A stretch of DNA of 64,000 bases from positions 1 to 64,000 of the forward strand of contig DAOWGI010000027.1 in NCBI GenBank assembly GCA_030637655.1. Direction: 5' to 3'. The position numbers were made by a program, and so were the translations under genes. Origin of the DNA: a candidate division FCPU426 bacterium (lineage in GTDB: Bacteria; Oederibacteriota; JAAXVQ01; JAUVAV01). The notes under the pieces are model-generated. The model did not search any database, was not told the DNA's origin, and saw nothing but the letters and a program-made list of their open reading frames with translations. Positions 57,316 to 64,000 of the stretch are shown piece after piece (position 1 is the stretch's first letter; every line of letters starts with the position of its first letter).

Positions 57316-57450
57316 GGCAAGAACTTCCTTTGTTGAACTTTATATGAGGTGAAAGCGCGTTTTCTCTTTCGTTTAAATAGGCCTGAGTATCGTTTGAATT
57401 ATATCCCGGCAACAGAATCAGCCTGTGGCCGGGACGCTGATCTTTTTTCG

Positions 57451-58695
57451 CTAAGCTAAATTCTCAATAATCTTCTGAGCAAAAACACTGCATTTTACTT
57501 CGCAAGCCCCGTCCAATTGACGGGCCAAATCGTAGGTTACAACTTTACTCAAAATGGTTTTTTCCAAAGCCGCTTTAATCGCTTGGGCCGCTTCGGTCCA
57601 ACCCAAGTGCTCCAGCAGCATAACGCCTGAGAGTATTAATGATCCTGGATTCACTTTGTCCTGACCAGCATACTTTGGCGCTGTCCCATGCGTGGCTTCA
57701 AACAAGGCTACTCCATCTGCCAGGTTGGCGCCTGGGGCCATACCCAGACCACCTACTTGGGCGGCACAGGCATCTGAGAGATAATCCCCGTTGAGGTTTG
57801 GAGTGGCAATCACCGAGTATTCATCCGGACGTAATAACACTTGTTGAAACATGGCGTCGGCAATCCGGTCTTTAATCAGGATTTTTCCTTCCGGCATTTT
57901 GCCGGCATACTTTTCCCATAAATCCTTCTCACTAATAGTCTCTTCCGCAAATTCCAGAGCAGCCACCTCATAACCCCAGTCACGAAAAGCACCTTCGGTA
58001 AATTTCATGATGTTGCCTTTGTGCACCAAGGTCACATCAGGGCATTGGTGTTCAATCGCATAACGAATGGCAGCGCGCACGATACGATGTGTGTTTTTCC
58101 GGGTCATCGGTTTGATGCCGATTCCTGCTTCTTCGCTCACCGGTTTACCCAATTCATGCGTGATAAAACCCGCCAGTTTTTTTGCTTCTTCGCTGCCGGA
58201 CGGCCATTCAATCCCGGCATAGACATCCTCCGTATTTTCGCGAAAAATCACTACCTTCAGTTTCTCCGGATGTTTGACCGGAGCAGGCGTGCCTCCATAA
58301 TATCGCACCGGACGAACGCAAGCATACAAATCCAATAATTGGCGCAAACTTACATTTAAGGAACGAAAAGCTCCTCCCACCGGCGTGGTCAACGGCCCCT
58401 TGATAGCTACGCGGTATTTCCGGATGGCCTCCAGGGTTTCGTCCGGCAAGGCCGAAACTCCGGCGTTTACTGCTTTTTCACCGCATAAAATTTCCATCCA
58501 TTTGATTTTTTTTCGGCCGTTATAGCTTTTAGCCGTTGCCGCGTCCAGCACTTGTTGGGTGGCTGCCCAAATATCCGGACCAATGCCATCTCCCTCAATA
58601 AAGGGAATAATCGGTTTGTCCGGAACCTGCAGCGAATTTTCTTTCCAGCCAATTATCTGACCGCCTGGTGGCTCCTCATAATTTAACTTCCGCAT
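57451..58695 (-). CDS. icd: Isocitrate dehydrogenase (NADP, E. coli-type)
   Basis: [70 protein letters not shown]. Confidence 0.97.
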   Translation of the reverse strand: MRKLNYEEPPGGQIIGWKENSLQVPDKPIIPFIEGDGIGPDIWAATQQVLDAATAKSYNGRKKIKWMEILCGEKAVNAGVSALPDETLEAIRKYRVAIKGPLTTPVGGAFRSLNVSLRQLLDLYACVRPVRYYGGTPAPVKHPEKLKVVIFRENTEDVYAGIEWPSGSEEAKKLAGFITHELGKPVSEEAGIGIKPMTRKNTHRIVRAAIRYAIEHQCPDVTLVHKGNIMKFTEGAFRDWGYEVAALEFAEETISEKDLWEKYAGKMPEGKILIKDRIADAMFQQVLLRPDEYSVIATPNLNGDYLSDACAAQVGGLGMAPGANLADGVALFEATHGTAPKYAGQDKVNPGSLILSGVMLLEHLGWTEAAQAIKAALEKTILSKVVTYDLARQLDGACEVKCSVFAQKIIENLA

Positions 58696-58698
58696 ACC

Positions 58699-60090
58699 TT
58701 AACCTCTTTCATGATGCGCGACGCCGACCCATTCGGAAAAGTGAATGCGTGCCTGCTCCCACATTTCTTCATCCGAAATACCTGTGACACGGCCGTCTTC
58801 ATACTCTTTATCCACCCATTCTTTGATGGCAGTAACGCCGGGATCTTTTTTCTCAATCTTGAATTTTTCCGGAATTTTCAAACGGGCATTGATCCAATAG
58901 GCAATACCAGCCGCCCCGGATTTGTCCATGATCCCAATATCCACCGGACGATTCAGCACTTTTTCCGTATCAAAAATATTGTATATTTCATGATCTTTCA
59001 TCAAACCATCAGCATGGATGCCTGCTTTGGTTACATTAAAATTGGCTCCCACCAACGGCTGATTGGCCGGCACTTTGTAATTCATCTCTTTTTCAAAGTA
59101 TTCAGCCACTTCGGTGATCACCGAAGTATCCATCTCCGCCATATCGCCGCGCAGTCCGATGTATTCGATCAGCAAGGCTTCGATCGCTGTGTTGCCGGTT
59201 CGTTCGCCAATGCCCAACAAGGTTCCATTGACTGCTGAACACCCGTACATCCACGCGGCTACTGAATTGGTTAAAGCACGATAAAAATCATTATGACCAT
59301 GCCATTCCAAAAGTTCGGAAGGTACTCCGGCGTATTTAACTAAACCATGAATAATTCCATTCACATTTCTGGGAAGCATGACGCCCGGCACACTCACACC
59401 ATAGCCTAAGGTATCACAGGCCCTAATTTTAACCGGGATACCGGATTCGCGGGATAAACGCATCAACTCCTGGGCAAAAGGAACTACAAATCCATAAAAA
59501 TCAGCCCGGGTGATGTCTTCAAAATGACAGCGTGGAATAACTCCTATTTCCAAAGCGCTGCGCACAATCTCCAAATAGCCATCCAAGGCCTGTCGCCTGG
59601 TTTTTTTCAGTTTGTTGAAAATATGATAATCAGAAGCAGAGGTAAGAATTCCGGTCTCTTTCAGCCCGAGCTCTTTTACCAGCTTTAGATCCTCTTTTTT
59701 GGCACGAATCCAACCGGTCACTTCCGGGAATTCATGGCCGCGCTCCATACATTTATTCACAGCTTCTTTATCTTTGTCCGTATACAAGAAAAACTCGCTC
59801 TGACGAATAATGCCATTGGGACCGGACATTTTGTGCATCAAATCGAATAATTTGACGATCTGATCCACAGTAAAAGGAGGCATGGCTTGCTGGCCATCCC
59901 GAAAAGTGGTATCTGTGATCCAGATGTCTTCAGCCGGCGTCAAGGGTGATACCCGGTGATTGAAGCACATCAAAGGCGGCATTTCATACGAATAGATATC
60001 CCTAAACAGGTTTGGCTCCTGAACTTCCTGGAGATCATAGCAATATTCTTCCCGCATCAAGGTTCGGCGGTGTTTATCAAATTTTATCAT
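58699..60090 (-). CDS. Re-citrate synthase (DRE-TIM / isopropylmalate-synthase-like)
   Basis: EPNL.R, ITDTTFRDGQQ..PP, G..G.IRQSEFFLY, SDYHIF.KL, CH.EDITRAD, HGHNDF, GERTGN; heads icd-mdh-fum-acn operon. Confidence 0.85.
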   Translation of the reverse strand: MIKFDKHRRTLMREEYCYDLQEVQEPNLFRDIYSYEMPPLMCFNHRVSPLTPAEDIWITDTTFRDGQQAMPPFTVDQIVKLFDLMHKMSGPNGIIRQSEFFLYTDKDKEAVNKCMERGHEFPEVTGWIRAKKEDLKLVKELGLKETGILTSASDYHIFNKLKKTRRQALDGYLEIVRSALEIGVIPRCHFEDITRADFYGFVVPFAQELMRLSRESGIPVKIRACDTLGYGVSVPGVMLPRNVNGIIHGLVKYAGVPSELLEWHGHNDFYRALTNSVAAWMYGCSAVNGTLLGIGERTGNTAIEALLIEYIGLRGDMAEMDTSVITEVAEYFEKEMNYKVPANQPLVGANFNVTKAGIHADGLMKDHEIYNIFDTEKVLNRPVDIGIMDKSGAAGIAYWINARLKIPEKFKIEKKDPGVTAIKEWVDKEYEDGRVTGISDEEMWEQARIHFSEWVGVAHHERG

Positions 60091-60142
60091 ACTCTCCCCT
60101 CCCTAATTAAATAAATAACCCCCAGTTCCCCGGGGGAGTAAC

Positions 60143-60171
60143 AATATACGAGAGGCCATGATGATTGTCAA
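60143..60171 (-). promoter_or_regulatory. sigma70 promoter of the TCA operon
   Basis: TTGACA(60171-60166)-N17-TATATT(60148-60143). Confidence 0.65.
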
Positions 60172-60190
60172 CCTAGGAAAGATGCTTTTT

Positions 60191-60332
60191 GCAACATGTC
60201 AGTGAACTAATGGAAAGAATATTAGATTCGCCCCTACGGCATCCGGGGCATTCACGGGCGATTTCGCGATTCGTCATCGCCCACTTTCATAGGGGCGATC
60301 CTTGTGATCGCCCTCACATCACAGATGATTAC
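60191..60332. mobile_element. Degenerate about 142-bp MITE, family A termini, GGGGCGA-REP cargo
   Basis: Left end GCAACATGTCAGTGAACTAATGGAA matches the reverse complement of 40369-40393; decayed right end ...ACAGATGATTAC; approximate TSD ATGCTTT. Confidence 0.65.
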
Positions 60333-60386
60333 ATGCTTTGCCCCTTCGATATCGTTTGTGATTTTTCTTTCATTCCTTTTTTGACA

Positions 60387-60935
60387 CTACCTGGATTTAT
60401 ATTCCTGTTTTGTAAACAAACCATTGAAAATCAAGTATATTATTGCCAAAGCAGACAGTGCCAGTAAAAACCACTTTGTTGCTGATGCAATTGATGCCAA
60501 CAATAAAAGATTGGCATCAGGAATCCAACCCGCAGAGAGCATTATAATATGTAAGCTGTTTTCAATGTAATCAAAGGGGATTGCCAATATCGGCAGACTG
60601 CAAAGCAAAAAGTGAGTATTAGTCAGTATAGCGCCTTTTCGCAGGGCTAAAAAAGCTAAAACTCCGGCTAAAAACAGACCATAGGTTGCTGCATATATAA
60701 AATCCATCCAAATATTTTGCAAATACGATTCAATTCCATCAGAACCCCAAATGGCTATTATCTTTAATGCTCTGGTTACTTTAAAGGACAATTGTAATTC
60801 CGGGAGGTATTTGCTCACTTGTGGCAATTGACTGAACTGCATGGTACAGAACATGCCTATCATGGCAAGTCCGGAAACAAGAATAATTGGGAGGCGGGAA
60901 ATTTTTTTATATATATATTGAAGAAACTGGTACAT
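60387..60935 (-). CDS. Hypothetical 4-TM membrane protein
   Basis: Four hydrophobic segments, DFIY and DY.EN motifs; AT-richer than neighbours. Confidence 0.65.
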   Translation of the reverse strand: MYQFLQYIYKKISRLPIILVSGLAMIGMFCTMQFSQLPQVSKYLPELQLSFKVTRALKIIAIWGSDGIESYLQNIWMDFIYAATYGLFLAGVLAFLALRKGAILTNTHFLLCSLPILAIPFDYIENSLHIIMLSAGWIPDANLLLLASIASATKWFLLALSALAIIYLIFNGLFTKQEYKSR

Positions 60936-60988
60936 ATTTCCCCCCTAAAATATGTGATCAGGCTGAAAATCCAAATCTTTGGTGATTG

Positions 60989-61753
60989 CTACTCATCTTC
61001 CCAAATCTCAGAAGATCGTACCCAACCTTTATAACCCTCTTGCGCTAACCCGATCGCTTTCCACTCTTTTTCATAACCTAATACCAGGACCTCGCGTCCT
61101 TCGGGTACGGTAAATCCAACCTGATTCTCTTCGCCTGGTCCATTGCGTGCTTCAGCTTGATTCACGACTATAACCCCCCAGCGCACATTACGCTCTTTTA
61201 CTATACGCAGGCAGGCCCAAGTCGCCAGCAGCAAAAAAACAACGCCAATTATACTTCCGGTCCATCGCCAAAAAAATCCTTTGCCGCGCTGCCAAATAAA
61301 CATTGCTATACTGCTACAAAAAATAATATATGTAACCAGTGCCAAGAGTGCCAAGGTCTGCCCGGAAAACCGCTGCATAAGCGCTTGGAAAAGTTTGGTC
61401 AGAACACCGGTTTTATCTTCCGGTCGTGGTACCATGCTCCTGGCGTACTTTAAATTATACTGGATATCCGCATCGCCAGGTGCCCGTTTTTGTGCTTGAC
61501 GATAATAAGCAATCGCTTTTCCAATATGTCCGTATTTAAATTCCGTGTTACCTAAATTATAATACAATTGAGAACTTTCCAAACCCTGTTTTTTCAACTC
61601 CAGATATTTCTTAAGGGCTTGAGTATATTCCCCTTGATCATACGCTATTCTGGCTTCTTCCGCTTTTTGCTCAAAAACACCCTGTACTTCCTGCGCCCGG
61701 CTCCAGGAGGTCATGTTTACTATAACGATAAGAAGGAAAAAAACTCTTTTCAT
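60989..61753 (-). CDS. batE: BatE-like TPR + SH3 membrane protein
   Basis: Signal peptide, TPR (LYYNLGN...G.AIAYYR.A...P.D.DI.YNL), 2 TM, SH3-like GWV; downstream of batD. Confidence 0.8.
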   Translation of the reverse strand: MKRVFFLLIVIVNMTSWSRAQEVQGVFEQKAEEARIAYDQGEYTQALKKYLELKKQGLESSQLYYNLGNTEFKYGHIGKAIAYYRQAQKRAPGDADIQYNLKYARSMVPRPEDKTGVLTKLFQALMQRFSGQTLALLALVTYIIFCSSIAMFIWQRGKGFFWRWTGSIIGVVFLLLATWACLRIVKERNVRWGVIVVNQAEARNGPGEENQVGFTVPEGREVLVLGYEKEWKAIGLAQEGYKGWVRSSEIWEDE

Positions 61754-61795
61754 GCGCTTGCTCCTTGCCAAACAGTCATTACCTGTTTGGCAGCT

Positions 61796-63679
61796 CTATT
61801 TACTTAAAATCCGGCCCAATTGCGTTAATAATTCTATAGCCTTTTGTTCATCCGCGGCCATGGCTGCGGATTCGCGTTCACTGGGCGCAAACCGGGCAAA
61901 ATCGGTTTCATCAAACAATTCCGACAGTTCGGTTATTAGTTGTTCCTTGGCTCCGCGCTTATGCAATTGCCACAGAATTTCTCTCTGGGTAATACCACTG
62001 CGGGAGGCTCCCATCTCATCAGCCAGGTAACCTATTAAAGCTTGCGCCAAGGCTGCATAGAATTCCTTGGCATCGTGCCGCAAACGCGCGCTGCTGGCCT
62101 GTTTTAAGGCCCTTTGCGCGCTGCGACCGGCAGTTATTTTTCGGGCATACCGGGGATCTGCTGCCAAGCGATCGCGCTGTTTTTGCCAGGCCCGGAAACC
62201 CAATAATCCCAGCGGAGGAAATAAAAAACCCGCGATCCAAAATAGCGGAGGCAAAGGCGGTGCTTCGGGATGCAGAGGAATTTCGGTTTTCAGATAACGG
62301 ATATCCTGGGCAATAATTTTAACACCCGCTCCTGTAGTCTGCGGTAGAGTGCCAACTACCGGAACCAGCGTAGGCACTTCCCCGGGCAATACTTTCAAAT
62401 GCAGACTGGGCACTTTGACCTGTTCAAATTTTTTCCGGCGCGGATTGAAATAACTGTACGTTATCGGTGGAATGGATAATGTTCCAGTGACTTCCGGGCG
62501 CAGCAAGGTGCGATATATCTTCACCCCTTGAATAGTATCCGCTTTTTTTTGTACTTCAGACGAGGAAATCGTCTCATACACTTTAAATCCGGTAAGCGGC
62601 GGCAACCGCGGTTTGCCCACGGATTTCACATTACCTTGACCAAAAATACGCACTTCTAAGGTAACCGCCTCTCCCACCTTGGCTTCTGTGCGGTCCAGGC
62701 CGGCTGACAGGGACCACTTGCCCACGGTTCCGGTAAAATCCCGGGGCCGTTTTGTGGCTGGTACTGGTTGTACCTGCATGGTAATCGGTTTGGATTGCAG
62801 GTTAACCCGTTGTCCGGTAGAAAAAAAGTTTCTAAAAAAACTATCGGAAAAAGGATCCCGTATCTTGCGCTGAAAATCCTGGATATGCACAGTCAGCTCT
62901 GCCGGTCCAATAGTTAGCTTCCCAGATGTGGTCGGAAACAAGACCTGGCGAATCTCAATTACTTTATATTCCCTTCCCTCAATATGCGTCATGTATTCCC
63001 GTTGGGGTGGTAAATCTTCCGCCCAAAAACCACTGGTGTCCGGTGCTGTATACTGAGGTTGTGATAATGCCGGGATGCGTGAGTACCAGCGAAATGTCAG
63101 AATCACCGGTTCATTGACATACACCGAACGTCTATCCACGGTTGTGGTCACAAAAATCGCTTTGTTTTCTTTTTGCGCCGCATCGCCAGGTGGTCCTGCT
63201 TGAGGTCGCGAGCGCGCCTGAGGCTGTGAGCGCTGTACACTTCCGGGACGACCGGGTGGGGTGAAGCCTTGCGCTGCCCCGGTAACAGTCATCTGTATGG
63301 GCTGGGTGGAATAGGTCTTGCCTTTGTACTCAATACTAATCGGTCCAAGCGTAAATTGACCGGCACGCTTGGGAACCATGACATACGTAAATTGCAGTGT
63401 TGACGACACTTGGCCGTTAATAAAAGAAAAATTCGAGGAACGTCCTCCCCCGTACACTTGAAAATCCGGTAAATCCGGAAGCTGGGGCACGTTGCGTAGA
63501 TTCGCTTTACCCTCGATAGCTACAACCAGTTGTATATGCCGGCCAACACTTGCTTGCTTGGGCTTTACCACCGCTTTGATGGAAATATCCTGCGCGGATG
63601 TCAAGAGCGGCTGATTAAACAGCAACACAGCCAGTCCTATACTAATTTTCAATAGAGATTCCCAAAACAAATGCCTCAT
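61796..63679 (-). CDS. batD: BatD-family (oxygen tolerance) protein
   Basis: Repeated BatD Ig-like domains (SS.FS.ING, G.FTLGP, VYVNEP, F.G.VG, G.GN, YFNP), one TM, RFAP C-terminus. Confidence 0.88.
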   Translation of the reverse strand: MRHLFWESLLKISIGLAVLLFNQPLLTSAQDISIKAVVKPKQASVGRHIQLVVAIEGKANLRNVPQLPDLPDFQVYGGGRSSNFSFINGQVSSTLQFTYVMVPKRAGQFTLGPISIEYKGKTYSTQPIQMTVTGAAQGFTPPGRPGSVQRSQPQARSRPQAGPPGDAAQKENKAIFVTTTVDRRSVYVNEPVILTFRWYSRIPALSQPQYTAPDTSGFWAEDLPPQREYMTHIEGREYKVIEIRQVLFPTTSGKLTIGPAELTVHIQDFQRKIRDPFSDSFFRNFFSTGQRVNLQSKPITMQVQPVPATKRPRDFTGTVGKWSLSAGLDRTEAKVGEAVTLEVRIFGQGNVKSVGKPRLPPLTGFKVYETISSSEVQKKADTIQGVKIYRTLLRPEVTGTLSIPPITYSYFNPRRKKFEQVKVPSLHLKVLPGEVPTLVPVVGTLPQTTGAGVKIIAQDIRYLKTEIPLHPEAPPLPPLFWIAGFLFPPLGLLGFRAWQKQRDRLAADPRYARKITAGRSAQRALKQASSARLRHDAKEFYAALAQALIGYLADEMGASRSGITQREILWQLHKRGAKEQLITELSELFDETDFARFAPSERESAAMAADEQKAIELLTQLGRILSK

Positions 63680-63706
63680 CGTATCAAGTGCTCGCTTCTG
63701 GTTATA

Positions 63707-64000
63707 TTACCAAGTGGCTTTTCTTCGACCCTCTGGTTGTTGCTGTCGCTTCTGCATGCGTTTTCGGTGCGCGTCTTTTTCCGCCTCGCGCACCGCGTCG
63801 AGTATTGTTTCCGCTTCTTCCGGCCGCATCTCTCCCGGCCGGGGTTTTTTTGGCTCTTTCTCCTCCGGTGTGTTCTGCTCTTGTCCGGAATCCGCTTTTT
63901 GCTCGCCTTTATCATCCGCTTGGTCCGGCTCTGATTCGTCTTTGGACTTGCGCGGATCCTGATCCTTTAGATCCTGCTCTTTTTTCCGCCCACCAGCTGA
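63707..64000 (-). CDS. C-terminal fragment of BatB/BatC-like protein (runs off the window)
   Basis: Open frame: Q/E/K/D-rich linker then MRPEEAETILDAVREAE...RKATW*, typical of bat-operon TPR proteins. Confidence 0.75.
   Translation of the reverse strand, partial: SAGGRKKEQDLKDQDPRKSKDESEPDQADDKGEQKADSGQEQNTPEEKEPKKPRPGEMRPEEAETILDAVREAEKDAHRKRMQKRQQQPEGRRKATW

Noticed and set aside
63676-63915. 79-aa minus ORF upstream of batD
   Set aside because: Wrong frame; the frame ending at 63707 carries the Bat-type EEAE.ILD...W terminus

Overview
This is bacterial chromosomal DNA, with every confidently called gene but one on the minus strand. It is probably from an anaerobic diderm (inferred from a PorV-like outer-membrane barrel, Re-citrate synthase, Fe-S fumarase and bat genes). 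Bases 0.4-38.4 kb form a large cell-surface glycosylation locus. It holds six predicted GT-C-fold membrane glycosyltransferases: two PMT-like/PA14 fusions, a TIGR03663-like protein, a DUF2298/'YYY' protein, an AftB-like protein and a DUF2723/TMEM260-like protein. It also encodes two polyprenol-P-sugar synthases, two flippase-type proteins, soluble GT2/GT4 enzymes, a DegT aminotransferase, a B12-radical SAM enzyme, five class I methyltransferases (three are Trm112-fused paralogues) and three membrane-anchored NHL propellers. After the locus come SpoIID/LytB, a PyrR-attenuated pyr operon carrying a PAP2 and a polysaccharide deacetylase gene, and an unannotated 36-aa Lys-rich peptide gene. Then follow a cyclophilin, two secreted proteins (one Thr/Pro-rich with a T9SS-like C-terminal domain), an anaerobic TCA operon and the end of a bat operon. 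The intergenic DNA holds a layered set of miniature mobile or repeat elements. Seven 140-214 bp MITEs have GTAAC-NNN-TCAG termini and 8-bp target duplications (IS66-like). Their cargo differs and includes REP-type hairpins, which in turn carry 18-44 bp micro-insertions. Several of these elements now supply the stop codons of host genes. No transposase, rRNA, tRNA or CRISPR array was seen. Family assignments come from motif recognition only; no database searches were run.
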